Source: Eledone cirrhosa
Taxonomy: Eukaryota
Direction of reading: 5' to 3'
Assembly: GCA_964016885.1 (NCBI GenBank)
Contig: OZ024760.1
Location: 28,272,001 to 28,336,000, forward strand
Length of the DNA stretch: 64,000 bases
Numbering within the stretch: the first letter of the stretch is position 1; the number at the start of each line of letters is the position of its first letter. Positions 30,001-44,443 of this stretch are shown in pieces. The position numbers and the translations under genes were made by a program. A model generated the notes under the pieces. That model was given only the letters and a program-made list of their open reading frames with translations. It ran no database searches and was not told the origin of the DNA.

Positions 30001-33000
30001 GGGTACTATCTTTACTGGTTTCAGTTATTAGACTGTGGCCATACTGGGGTACTATCTTTACTGGTTTCAGTTACTAGACTGTTGCCATGCTGGGGTACTA
30101 TCTTTACTGGTTTCAGTTATTAGACTGTGGCCATGCTGGGGTACTATCTTTACTGGTTTCAGTTATTAGACTGTGGCCATGCTGGGGTACTATCTTTACT
30201 GGTTTCAGTTATTAGACTGTGGCCATGCTGGGGTACTATATTTACTAGTTTCAGTTATTAGACTGTGCCCATGCTGGGGTACTATCTTTACTGGTTTCAG
30301 TTATTAGATTGTGGCCAAGCTGGGGTACTATCTTTACTGGTTTCAGTTATTAGACTGTGGCCATGCTGGGGTACTATCTTTACTGGTTTCAGTTATTAGA
30401 CTGTGGCCATGCTGGGGTACTATCTGTACTGGTTTCAGTTATTAGACTGTGGCCATGCTGGGGTACTATCTTTACTGGTTTCAGTTATTAGACTGTGGCC
30501 ATGCTGGGGTACTATCTTTACTGGTTTCAGTTATTAGACTGTGGCCATGCTGGGGTACTATCTTTACTGGTTTCAGTTATTAGATTGTGGCCATGCTGGG
30601 GTACTATCTGTACTGGTTTCAGTTATTAGACTGTCGCCATGCTGGGGTACTATCTTTACTGGTTTCAGTTATTAGACTGTGGCCATGCTGGGGTACTATC
30701 TTTACTGGTTTCAGTTATTAGATTGTGGCCATGCTGGGGTACTATCTGTACTGGTTTCAGTTATTAGACTGTCGCCATGCTGGGGTACTATCTTTACTGG
30801 TTTCAGTTATTAGACTGTGGCCATGCTGGGGTACTATCTTTACTGGTTTCAGTTATTAGACTGTGGCCATGCTGGGGTACTATCTTTACTTGTTTCACTT
30901 ATTTTACTGTGGCCAAGCTGGGTTACTATCTTTACTGGTTTCAGTTATTAGATTGTGGCCATGCTGGGGTACTATCTTTACTGGTTTCACTTATTTTACT
31001 GTGGCCAAGCTGGGTTACTATCTTTACTGGTTTCAGTTATTAGACTGTGGCCATGCTGGGGTACTATCTTTACTGGTTTCAGTTATTAGATTGTGGCCAT
31101 GCTGGGGTACTATCTTCACTGGTTTCAGTTATTAGACTGTGGCCAAGCTGGGGTACTATCTTTACTGGTTTCACTTATTTTACTGTGGCCATGCTGGGGT
31201 ACTATTGTTACAGGTTTCAGTTATTAGACTGTGGCCATGCTGGGGTACTTTCTTTACTGGTTTCACTTATTTTACTGTGGCCATGCCGGGGTACTATCTT
31301 TACTGGTTTCAGTTATTAGACTGTGGCCATGCTGGGGTACTTTCTTTACTGGTTTCACTTATTTTACTGTGGACATGCTGGGGTACTATCTTTACTGGTT
31401 TCAGTTATTAGACTGTGGCCATGCTGGGGTACTATCTTTACTAGTTTCAGTTATTAGATTGTGGCCATGCTGGGGTACTTTCTTTACTGGTTTCACTTAT
31501 TTTACTGTGGCCATGCTGGGGTACTATCTTTACTGGTTTCAGTTATTAGACTGTGGCCATGCTGGGGTACTATCTTTACTGGTTTCAGTTATTAGACTGT
31601 GGCCATGCTGGGGTACTATCTTTACTGGTTTCAGTTATTAGACTGTGGCCATGCTGGGGGACTTTCTTTACTGGTTTCACTTATTTTACTGTGGCCATGC
31701 TGGGGTACTATCTTTACTGGTTTGAGTTATTAGACTGTGGCCATGCTGGGGTACTTTCTTTACTGGTTTCACTTATTTTACTGTGGCCATGCTGGGGTAC
31801 TATCTTTACTGGTTTCATTTATTAGACTGTGGCCATGCTGGGGTACTATCTTTACTGGTTTCAGTTATTAGCCTGTGGCCATGCTGGGGTACTATCTTCA
31901 CTGGTTTGAGTTATTAGACTGTCGCCATGCTGGGGTACTATCTTTACTGGTTTCAGTTATTAGACTGTGGCCATGCTGGGATACTATCTTCACTGGTTTC
32001 AGTTATTAGACTGTGGCCATGCTGGGGTACTATCTTTACTGGTTTCAGTTATTAGACAGTGGCCATGCTGGGGTACTATCTTTACTGGTTTCAGTTCTTA
32101 GAATGTGGCCATGCTGGGGTACTATCTTTACTGGTTTCAGTTATTAGACAGTGGCCATGCTGGGGTACTATCTTTACTGGTTTCAGTTATTAGACTGTGG
32201 CCATGCTGGGGTACTATCTTTACTGGTTTCAGTTATTAGACTGTGGCCATGCTGGGGTACTATCTTTACTGGTTTCAGTTATTAGACTGTGGCCATGCTG
32301 GGGTACTATCTTTACTGGTTTCAGTTATTAGACTGTCGCCATGCTGGGGTACTATCTTTACTGGTTTCAGTTATTAGACTGTCGCCATGCTGGGGTACTA
32401 TCTTTACTGGTTTCAGTTATTAGACTCTCGCCATGCTGGGGTACTATCTTTACTGGTTTCAGTTATTAGACTGTGGCCATGCTGGGGTACTATCTTTACT
32501 GGTTTCAGTTATTAGACTGTGGCCATGCTGGGGTACTATCTTTACTGGTTTCAGTTATTAGACAGTGGCCATGCTGGGGTACTATCTGTACTGGTTTCAG
32601 TTATTAGACTGTGGCCATGCTGGGGTACTATCTTTACTGGTTTCAGTTATTAGACTGTGGCCATGCTGGGGTACTATCTTTACTAGTTTCAGTTATTAGA
32701 CTGTGGCCATGCTGGGGTACTATCTTTACTGCTTTCAGTTATTAGACTGTGGCCATGCTGGGGTACTATCTTTACTGGTTTCAGTTATTAGACTGTGGCC
32801 ATGCTGGGGTACTATCTTTACTAGTTTCAGTTATTAGACTGTGGCCATGCTGGGGTACTATCTTTACTAGTTTCAGTTATTAGATTGTGGCCATGCTGGG
32901 GTACTATCTTTACTGGTTTCAGTTATTAGACTGTGGCCATGCTGGGGTACTATCTTTACTAGTTTCAGTTATTAGACTGTGGCCATGCTGGGGTACTATC

Positions 33001-36000
33001 TTTACTAGTTTCAGTTATTAGATTGTGGCCATGCTGGGGTACTATCTTTACTGGTTTCAGTTATTAGACTGTGGCCATGCTGGGGTACTATCTTTACTAG
33101 TTTCAGTTATTAGACTGTGGCCATGCTGGGGTACTATCTTTACTGGTTTCAGTTATTAGACTGTGGCCATGCTGGGGTACTATCTTTACTGGTTTCAGTT
33201 ATTAGACTGTGGCCATGCTGGGGTACTATCTTTACTAGTTTCAGTTATTAGACTGTGGCCATGCTGGGGTACTATCTTTACTAGTTTCAGTTATTAGATT
33301 GTGGCCATGCTGGGGTACTATCTTTACTGGTTTCAGTTATTAGACTGTGGCCATGCTGGGGTACTATCTTTACTAGTTTCAGTTATTAGACTGTGGCCAT
33401 GCTGGGGTACTATCTTTACTGGTTTCAGTTATTAGACTGTGGCCATGCTGGGGTACTATCTTTACTAGTTTCAGTTATTAGACTGTGGCCATGCTGGGGT
33501 ACTATCTTTACTGGTTTCAGTTATTAGATTGTGGCCATGCTGGGGTACTATCTTTACTGGTTTCAGTTATTAGACTGTGGCCATGCTGGGGTACTATCTT
33601 TACTAGTTTCAGTTATTAGACTGTGGCCATGCTGGGGTACTATCTTTACTGGTTTCAGTTATTAGACTGTGGCCATGCTGGGGTACTATCTTTACTAGTT
33701 TCAGTTATTAGACTGTGGCCATGCTGGGGTACTATCTTTACTGGTTTCAGTTATTAGACTGTGGCCATGCTGGGGTACTATCTTTACTAGTTTCAGTTAT
33801 TAGACTGTGGCCATGCTGGGGTACTATCTTTACTGGTTTCAGTTATTAGATTGTGGCCATGCTGGGGTACTATCTTTACTGGTTTCAGTTATTAGACTGT
33901 GGCCATGCTGGGGTACTATCTTTACTGGTTTCAGTTATTAGATTGTGGCCATGCTGGGGTACTATCTGTACTGGTTTCAGTTATTAGACTGTGGCCATGC
34001 TGGGGTACTATCTTTACTGGTTTCACTTATTTTACTGTGGCCAAGCTGGGGTACTATCTTTACTGGTTTCAGTTATTAGATTGTGGCCATGCTGGGGTAC
34101 TATCTTTACTGGTTTCAGTTATTAGACTGTGGCCATGCTGGGGTACTATCTTTACTGGTTTCAGTTATTAGACTGTGGCCATGCTGGGGTACTTTCTTTA
34201 CTGGTTTCAGTTAGTAGACTGTGGCCATGCTGGGGTACTATCTTTACTGGTTTCAGTTATTAGACAGTGGCCATGCTGAGGTACTAACTTTACTGGTTTC
34301 AGTTCTTAGAATGTGGCCATGCTGGGGTACTATCTTTACTGGTTTCAGTTATTAGACAGTGGCCATGCTGGGGTACTATCTTTACTGGTTTCAGTTATTA
34401 GACTGTGGCCATGCTGGGTACTATCTTTACTGGTTTCAGTTATTAGACTGTGGCCATGCTGGGGTACTATCTTTACTGGTTTCAGTTATTAGACTGTGGC
34501 CATGCTGGGGTACTATCTTTACTGGTTTCAGTTATTAGACTGTGGCCATGCTGGGGTACTATCTTTACTGGTTTCAGTTATTAGACTGTCGCCATGCTGG
34601 GGTACTATCTTTACTGGTTTCAGTTATTAGACTGTCGCCATGCTGGGGTACTATCTTTACTGGTTTCAGTTATTAGACTCTCGCCATGCTGGGGTACTAT
34701 GTTTACTGGTTTCAGTTATTAGACTGTGGCCATGCTGGGGTACTATCTTTACTGGTTTCAGTTATTAGACTGTGGCCATGCTGGGGTACTATCTTTACTG
34801 GTTTCAGTTAGTAGACTGTGGCCATGCTGGGGTACTATCTTCACTGGTTTGAGTTATTAGACTCTCGCCATGCTGGGGTACTATCTTTACTGGTTTCAGT
34901 TATTAGACAGTGGCCATGCTGGGGTACTATCTGTACTGGTTTCAGTTATTAGACTGTGGCCATGCTGGGGTACTATCTTTACTGGTTTCAGTTATTAGAC
35001 TGTGGCCATGCTGGGGTACTATCTTTACTAGTTTCAGTTATTAGACTGTGGCCATGCTGGGGTACTATCTTTACTGGTTTCAGTTATTAGACTGTGGCCA
35101 TGCTGGGGTACTATCTTTACTGGTTTCAGTTATTAGACTGTGGCCATGCTGGGGTACTATCTTTACTAGTTTCAGTTATTAGACTGTGGCCATGCTGGGG
35201 TACTATCTTTACTGGTTTCAGTTATTAGACTGTGGCCATGCTGGGGTACTATCTTTACTAGTTTCAGTTATTAGACTGTGGCCATGCTGGGGTACTATCT
35301 TTACTGGTTTCAGTTATTAGACTGTGGCCATGCTGGGGTACTATCTTTACTGGTTTCAGTTATTAGATTGTGGCCATGCTGGGGTACTATCTTTACTGGT
35401 TTCAGTTATTAGACTGTGGCCATGCTGGGGTACTATCTTTACTAGTTTCAGTTATTAGACTGTGGCCATGCTGGGGTACTATCTTTACTGGTTTCAGTTA
35501 TTAGACTGTGGCCATGCTGGGGTACTATCTTTACTAGTTTCAGTTATTAGACTGTGGCCATGCTGGGGTACTATCTTTACTGGTTTCAGTTATTAGACTG
35601 TGGCCATGCTGGGGTACTATCTTTACTAGTTTCAGTTATTAGACTGTGGCCATGCTGGGGTACTATCTTTACTGGTTTCAGTTATTAGATTGTGGCCATG
35701 CTGGGGTACTATCTTTACTGGTTTCAGTTATTAGACTGTGGCCATGCTGGGGTACTTTCTTTACTGGTTTCAGTTATTAGATTGTGGCCATGCTGGGGTA
35801 CTATCTGTACTGGTTTCAGTTATTAGACTGTGGCCATGCTGGGGTACTATCTTTACTGGTTTCACTTATTTTACTGTAGCCAAGCTGGGGTACTATCTTT
35901 ACTGGTTTCAGTTATTAGATTGTGGCCATGCTGGGGTACTATCTTTACTGGTTTCAGTTATTAGACTGTGGCCATGCTGGGGTACTATCTTTACTGGTTT

Positions 36001-39000
36001 CAGTTATTAGACTGTGGCCATGCTGGGGTACTATCTTTACTGGTTTCAGTTAGTAGACTGTGGCCATGCTGGGGTACTATCTTCACTGGTTTGAGTTATT
36101 AGACTCTCGCCATGCTGGGGTACTATCTTTACTGGTTTCAGTTAGTAGACTGTGGCCATGCTGGGGTACTATCTTCACTGGTTTGAGTTATTAGACTCTC
36201 GCCATGCTGGGGTACTATCTTTACTGGTTTCAGTTATTAGACTGTGGCCATGCTGGGGTACTATCTTCACTGGTTTCAGTTATTAGACTGTGGCCATGCT
36301 GGGGTACTATCTTTACTGGTTTCAGTTATTAGACTGTGGCCATGCTGGGGTACTATCTTTACTGGTTTCAGTTATTAGACTGTGGCCATGCTGGGGTACT
36401 ATCTTTACTGGTTTCAGTTATTAGACAGTGGCCATGCTGGGGTACTATCTGTACTGGTTTCAGTTATTAGACTGTGGCCATGCTGGGGTACTATCTTTAC
36501 TGGTTTCAGTTATTAGACTGTGGCCATGCTGGGGTACTATCTTTACTAGTTTCAGTTATTAGACTGTGGCCATGCTGGGGTACTATCTTTACTGGTTTCA
36601 GTTATTAGACTGTGGCCATGCTGGGGTACTATCTTTACTAGTTTCAGTTATTAGACTGTGGCCATGCTGGGGTACTATCTTTACTGGTTTCAGTTATTAG
36701 ACTGTGGCCATGCTGGGGTTCTATCTTTACTAGTTTCAGTTATTAGACTGTGGCCATGCTGGGGTACTATCTTTACTGGTTTCAGTTATTAGATTGTGGC
36801 CATGCTGGGGTACTATCTTTACTGGTTTCAGTTATTAGACTGTGGCCATGCTGGGGTACTATCTTTACTAGTTTCAGTTATTAGACTGTGGCCATGCTGG
36901 GGTACTATCTTTACTGGTTTCAGTTATTAGACTGTGGCCATGCTGGGGTACTATCTTTACTAGTTTCAGTTATTAGACTGTGGCCATGCTGGGGTACTAT
37001 CTTTACTGGTTTCAGTTATTAGACTGTGGTCATGCTGGGGTGCTATCTTTACTAGTTTCAGTTATTAGACTGTGGCCATGCTGGGGTACTATCTTTACTG
37101 GTTTGAGTTATTAGATTGTGGCCATGCTGGGGTACTATCTTTACTGGTTTCAGTTATTAGACTGTGGCCATGCTGGGGTACTATCTTTACTGGTTTCAGT
37201 TATTAGATTGTGGCCATGCTGGGGTACTATCTGTACTGGTTTCAGTTATTAGACTGTGGCCATGCTGGGGTACTATCTTTACTGGTTTCACTTATTTTAC
37301 TGTGGCCAAGCTGGGGTACTATCTTTACTGGTTTCAGTTATTAGATTGTGGCCATGCTGGGGTACTATCTTTACTGGTTTCAGTTATTAGACTGTGGCCA
37401 TGCTGGGGTACTATCTTTACTGGTTTCAGTTATTAGACTGTGGCCATGCTGGGGTACTTTCTTTACTGGTTTCACTTATTTTACTGTGGCCATGCTGGGG
37501 TACTATCTTTACTGGTTTCTGTTATTAGACTGTGGCCATGCTGGGGTACTATCTTTACTGGTTTCAGTTATTAGACTGTGGCCATGCTGGGGTACTTTCT
37601 TTACTGGTTTCACTTATTTTACTGTGGCCATGCTGGGGTACTATCTTTACTGGTTTCAGTTATTAGACTGTGGCCATGCTGGGGTACTTTCTTTACTGGT
37701 TTCACTTATTTTACTGTGGCCATGCTGGGTTACTATCTTTACTGGTTTCAGTTATTAGACTGTGGCCATGCTGGGGTACTTTCTTTACTGGTTTCACTTA
37801 TTTTACTGTGGCCATGCTGGGGTACTATCTTTACTGGTTTCAGTTATTAGACTGTGGCCATGCTGGGGTACTTTCTTTACTGGTTTCACTTATTTTACTG
37901 TGGCCATGCTGGGTTACTATCTTTACTGGTTTCAGTTATTAGACTGTGGCCATGCTGGGGTACTATCTTTACTGGTTTCAGTTATTAGACTGTGGCCATG
38001 CTGGGGTACTATCTTTACTGGTTTCAGTTATTAGACTGTGGCCATGCTGGGGTACTATCTTTACTGGTTTCAGTTATTAGACTGAGGCCATGCTGGGGTA
38101 CTATCTTTACTGGTTTCAGTTATTAGACTGTGGCCATGCTGGGGTACTATCTTTACTGGTTTCAGTTATTAGACTGTGGCCATGCTGGGGTACTATCTTT
38201 ACTGGTTTCAGTTATTAGACTGTGGCCATGCTGGGGTACTATCTTTACTGGTTTCAATTATTAGACAGTGGCCATGCTGGGTTACTATCTTTACTGGTTT
38301 CAGTTATTAGACTGTGGCCAAGCTGGGGTACTATCTTTACTGGTTTCAGTTAGTAGACTGTGGCCATGCTGGTGTACCATCTTTACTGGTTTCAGTTATT
38401 AGACAGTGGCCATGCTGGGTTACTATCTTTACTGGTTTCAGTTAGTAGACTGTGGCCATGCTGGGGTACCATCTTTACTGGTTTCAGTTATTAGACAGTG
38501 GCCATGCTGGTGTACTATCTTTACTGGTTTCAGTTATTAGACAGTGGCCATGCTGGGGTACTATCTTTACTGGTTTCAGTTAGTAGACTGTGGCCATGCT
38601 GGGGTACCATCTTTACTGGTTTCAGTTATTAGACAGTGGCCATGCTGGGTTAATTTCTTTACTGGTTTCAGTTAGTAGACTGTGGCCATGCTGGGGTACC
38701 ATCTTTACTGGTTTCAGTTATTAGACAGTGGCCATGCTGGTGTACTATCTTTACTGGTTTCAGTTATTAGACAGTGGCCATGCTGGGGTACTATCTTTAC
38801 TGGTTTCAGTTATTAGATTGTGGCCATGCTGGGGTACTTTCTTTACTGGTTTCACTTATTTTACTGTGGCCATGCTGGGGTACTATCTTTACTGGTTTCA
38901 GTTATTAGACTGTGGCCATGCTGGGGTACTTTCTTTACTGGTTTCACTTATTTTACTGTGGCCATGCTGGGTTACTATCTTTACTGGTTTCAGTTATTAG

Positions 39001-42000
39001 ACTGTGGCCATGCTGGGGTACTTTCTTTACTGGTTTCACTTATTTTACTGTGGCCATGCTGGGGTACTATCTTTACTGGTTTCAGTTATTAGACTGTGGC
39101 CATGCTGGGGTACTTTCTTTACTGGTTTCACTTATTTTACTCTGGCCATGCTGGGTTACTATCTTTACTGGTTTCAGTTATTAGACTGTGGCCATGCTGG
39201 GGTACTATCTTTACTGGTTTCAGTTATTAGACTGTGGCCATGCTGGGGTACTATCTTTACTGGTTTCAGTTATTAGACTGAGGCCATGCTGGGGTACTAT
39301 CTTTACTGGTTTCAGTTATTAGACTGTGGCCATGCTGGGGTACTATCTTTACTGGTTTCAGTTATTAGACTGTGGCCATGCTGGGGTACTATCTTTACTG
39401 GTTTCAGTTATTAGACTGTGGCCATGCTGGGGTACTATCTTTACTGGTTTCAGTTATTAGACAGTGGCCATGCTGGGTTACTATCTTTACTGGTTTCAGT
39501 TATTAGACTGTGGCCAAGCTGGGGTACTATCTTTACTGGTTTCAGTTAGTAGACTGTGGCCATGCTGGGGTACCATCTTTACTGGTTTCAGTTATTAGAC
39601 AGTGGCCATGCTGGGTTACTATCTTTACTGGTTTCAGTTAGTAGACTGTGGCCATGCTGGGGTACCATCTTTACTGGTTTCAGTTATTAGACAGTGGCCA
39701 TGCTGGTGTACTATCTTTACTGGTTTCAGTTATTAGACAGTGGCCATGCTGGGGTACTATCTTTACTGGTTTCAGTTAGTAGACTGTGGCCATGCTGGGG
39801 TACCATCTTTACTGGTTTCAGTTATTAGACAGTGGCCATGCTGGGTTACTATCTTTACTGGTTTCAGTTAGTAGACTGTGGCCATGCTGGGGTACCATCT
39901 TTACTGGTTTCAGTTATTAGACAGTGGCCATGCTGGTGTACTATCTTTACTGGTTTCAGTTATTAGACAGTGGCCATGCTGGGGTACTATCTTTACTGGT
40001 TTCAGTTATTAGATTGTGGCCATGCTGGGGTACTATCTTTACTGGTTTCAGTTAGTAGATTGTGGCCATGCTGGTGTACTATCTTTACTAGTTTCAGTTA
40101 TTAGACTGTGACCATGCTGGGGTACTATCTTTACTGGTTTCAGTTATTAGACTGTGGCCATGCTGGGGTACTATCTTTACTAGTTTCAGTTATTAGACTG
40201 TGCCCATGCTGGGGTACTATCTTTACTGGTTTCAGTTATCAGATTGTGGCCAAGCTGGGGTACTATCTTTACTGGTTTCAGTTATTAGATTGTGGCCATG
40301 CTGGGGTACTTTCTTTACTGGTTTCACTTATTTTACTGTGGCCATGCTGGGTTACTATCTTTACTGGTTTCAGTTATTAGACTGTGGCCATGCTGGGGTA
40401 CTTTCTTTACTGGTTTCACTTATTTTACTGTGGCCATGCTGGGGTACTATCTTTACTGGTTTCAGTTATTAGACTGTGGCCATGCTGGGGTACTATCTTT
40501 AGTGGTTTCAGTTATTAGATTGTGGCCATGCTGGGGTACTTTCTCTACTGGTTTCACTTATTTTACTGTGGCCATGCTGGGGTACTATCTTTACTGGTTT
40601 CAGTTATTAGACTGTGGCCATGCTGGGGTACTATCTTTACTGGTTTGAGTTATTAGACTGTGGCCATGCAGGGGTACTATCTTTACTGGTTTCAGTTATT
40701 AGACTGTGGCCATGCTGGGGTACTTTCTTTACTGGTTTCACTTATTTTACTGTGGCCATACTGGGGTACTATCTTTACTGGTTTCAGTTATTAGACTGTG
40801 GCCATGCTGGGGTACTATCTTTACTGGTTTCAGTTATTAGACTGTGGCCATGCTGGGGTACTATCTTTACTGGTTTCAGTTATTAGACTGTGGCCATGCT
40901 GGGGTACTATCTTTACTGGTTTCAGTTATTAGACTGAGGCCATGCTGTGGTACTATCTTTACTGGTTTCAGTTATTAGACTGTGGCCATGCTGGGGTACT
41001 ATCTTTACTGGTTTCAGTTATTAGACTGTGGCCATGCTGGGGTACTATCTTTACTGGTTTCAGTTATTAGACTGTGGCCATGCTGGGGTACTATCTTTAC
41101 TGGTTTCAGTTATTAGACTGTGGCCATGCTGGGGTACTATCTTTACTGGTTTCAGTTATTAGACTGTGGCCATGCTGGGGTACTATCTTTACTGGTTTCA
41201 GTTATTAGACTGTGGCCATGCTGGGGTACTATCTTTACTGGTTTCAGTTATTAGACTGTGGCCATGCTGGGGTACTATCTTTACTGGTTTCAGTTATTAG
41301 ACTGTGGCCATGCTGGGGTACTATCTTTACTGGTTTCAGTTATTAGACTGTGGCCATGCTGGGGTACTTTCTTTACTGGTTTCACTTATTTTACTGTGGC
41401 CATGCTGGGGTACTATCTTTACTGGTTTCAGTTATTAGACTGTGGCCATGCTGGGGTACTATCTTTACTGGTTTGAGTTATTAGACTGTGGCCATGCTGG
41501 AGTACTTTCTTTACTGGTTTCAGTTATTAGACTGTGGCATTGCTGGGGTACTTTCTTTACTGGTTTCACTTATTTTACTGTGGCCATGCTGGGGTACTAT
41601 CTTCACTGGTTTCAGTTATTAGACTGTGGCCATGCTGGGGTACTTTCTTTACTGGTTTCAGTTATTAGACTGTGGCCATGCTGGGGTACTTTCTTTACTG
41701 GTTTCACTTATTTTACTGTGGCCATACTGGGGTACTATCTTTACTGGTTTCAGTTATTAGACTGTGGCCATGCTGGGGTACTATCTTTACTGGTTTCAGT
41801 TATTAGATTGTGGCCATGCTGGGGTACTATCTTCACTGGTCTCAGTTATTAGACTGTGGCCAAGCTGGGGTACTATCTTTACTGGTCTCACTTATTTTAC
41901 TGTGGCCATGCTGGGGTACTATCTTTACTGGTTTCAGTTATTAGACTGTGGCCATGCTGGGGTACTATCTTTACTGGTTTCAGTTATTAGACTGTGGCCA

Positions 42001-44443
42001 TGCTGGTGTACTATCTTTACTGGTTTCAGTTATTAGATTGTGGCCATGCTGGGGTACTATCTTTACTGGTTTCAGTTATTAGACTGTGGCCAAGCTGGGG
42101 TACTATCTTTACTGGTTTCAGTTATTAGACTGTGGCCATGCTGGGGTACTATCTTTACTGGTTTCACTTATTATACTGTGGCCATGCTGGGGTACTATCT
42201 TTACTGGTTTCATTTATTAGACTGTGGCCATGCTGGGGTACTGTCTTTACTGGTTTCAGTTATTAGACTGTGGCCATGCTGGGGTACTATCTTTACTGGT
42301 TTCAGTTATTAGACTGTGGCCATGCTGGGGTACTATCTGTACTGGTTTCAGTTATAATATTGTGGCCATGCTGGGGTACTATCTTTACTAGTTTCAGTTA
42401 TTAGACTGTGGTCATGCTGGGGTACTATCTTTACTGGTTTCAGTTATTAGATTGTGGCCATGCTGGGGTACTATCTTTACTGGTTTCAGTTATTAGACTG
42501 TGGCCATGCTGGGGTACTATCTTTACTGGTTTCAGTTATTAGACTGTGGCCATGCTGGGGTACTATCTTCACTGGTTTCAGTTATTAGACCGTGGCCATG
42601 CTGGGGTACTATCTTTACTAGTTTCAGTTATTAGACTGTGGCCAAGCTGGGGTACTATCTTTACTGGTTTCAGTTATTAGACTGTGGTCATGCTGGGGTA
42701 CTATCGTTACTGGTTTCAGTTATTAGACCGTGGCTATGCTGGGGTACTATCTTTACTAGTTTCAGTTATTAGACTGTGGCCATGCTGGGGTACTATCTTT
42801 GCTGGTTTCAGTTATTAGACAGTGCCCATGCTGGGGTGCTATCTGTACTGGTTTCAGTTATTAGATTGTGGCCATGCTGGGGTACTATCTTTACTGGTTT
42901 CAGTTATTAGATTGTGGCCATGCTGGGGTACTATCTTTGCTGGTTTCAGTTATTAGACAGTGCCCATGCTGGGGTACTATCTTTACTGGTTTCAGTTAGT
43001 AGACTGTGGCCATGCTGGGGTACTATCTTTACTGGTTTCACTTATTAGATTGTGGCCATGCTGGGGTACTATCTTTACTGGTTTCAGTTATTAGACTGTG
43101 GCCATGCTGGGGTACTATCTTTACTGGTTTCAGTTATTAGACTGTGGCCATGCTGGGGTACTATCTTTTCTGGTTTCAGTTATTAGATTGTGGCAATGCT
43201 GGGGTACTATCTTTACTGGTTTCAGTTACTAGACTGTGGCCATGCTGGGGTACTATCTTTACTGGTTTCAGTTATTAGACTGTGGCCATGCTGGGGTATT
43301 ATCTTTACTGGTTTCAGTTACTAGACTGTGGCCATGCTGGGGTACTATCTTTACTAGTTTCAGTTATTAGACTGTGGCCATGCTGGGGTACTATCTTTAC
43401 TGGTTTCAGTTATTAGACTGTGGCCATGCTGGGGTACTATCTTTACTGGTTTCAGTTATTAGACTGTGGCCATGCTGGGGTACTATCTTTACTGGTTTCA
43501 GTTATTAGACTGTGGCCATGCTGGGGTACTTTCATTACTGGTTTCACTTATTTTACTGTGGCCATGCTGGGGTACTATCTTTACTGGTTTCAGTTATTAG
43601 ACTGTGGCCATGCTGGGGTACTATCTTTACTGGTTTCAGTTATTAGACTGTGGCCATGCTGGGGTACTTTCTTTACTGGTTTCACTTATTATACTGTGGC
43701 CATGCTGGGGTACTATCTTTACTGGTTTCAGTTATTATACTGTGGCCATGCTGGGGTACTATCTTTACTGGTTTCAGTTATTAGACATTGGCCATGCTGG
43801 GGTACTATCTTTACTGGTTTCAGTTATTAGATTGTGGCCATACTGGGGTACTATCTTTACTGGTTTCAGTTATTAGACTGTGGCCATGCTGGGGTACTAT
43901 CTTTACTGGTTTCAGTTATTAGACTGTGGCCATGCTGGGGTACTATCTTTACTGGTTTCAGTTATTAGACTGTGGCCATGCTGGGGTACTATCTTTACTG
44001 GTTTCAGTTATTAGACTGTGGCCATGCTGGGGTACTATCTTTACTGGTTTCAGTTATTAGACAGTGGCCATGCTGGGGTACTATCTTTACTGGTTTTAGT
44101 TATTAGACTGTGGCCATGCTGGGGTACTATCTTTACTGGTTTCAGTTATTAGACAGTGGCCATGCTGGGGTACTTTCTTTACTGGTTTCACTTATTTGAC
44201 TGTGGCCATGCTGGGGTACTATCTTTACTGGTTTCAGTTATTAGACTGTGGCCATGCTGGGGTACTATCTTTACTGGTTTCAGTTATTAGACTGTGGCCA
44301 TGCTGGGGTACTATCTTTACTGGTTTCAGTTATTAGACTGTGGCCATGCTGGGGTACTATCTTTACTGGTTTCAGTTATTAGACTGTGGCCATGCTGGGG
44401 TACTATCTTTACTGGTTTCAGTTATTAGACTGTGGCCATGCTG
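1..44443. repeat. 46-bp tandem satellite array (~966 monomers, open at left edge)
   Basis: Consensus ACTGTGGCCATGCTGGGGTACTATCTTTACTGGTTTCAGTTATTAG repeated head-to-tail in one orientation, mostly 0-2 substitutions per monomer and rare 1-2 bp indels (e.g. 4687, 12470, 14446, 21492). Ends abruptly at ...GGCCATGCTG|AGGCTAATG. Confidence 0.99.

Noticed and set aside
1-44443. Dozens of ~90-aa ORFs (MAMLGYYLYWFQLLDCGHAG...)
   Set aside because: Products of reading a 46-bp unit through rotating frames; length depends only on substitutions that remove the TAG. Most start at GTG; no coding signal.
1-44443. CRISPR array or telomeric repeat
   Set aside because: No unique spacers, no cas genes, eukaryotic context; no TTAGGG-type unit.
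1-44443. G-quadruplex or ribozyme in the satellite monomer
   Set aside because: One GGGG per 46 bp (42-nt loops), only a 4-bp hairpin (ACTG-GTTT-CAGT), and no CTGANGA on either strand of the consensus.
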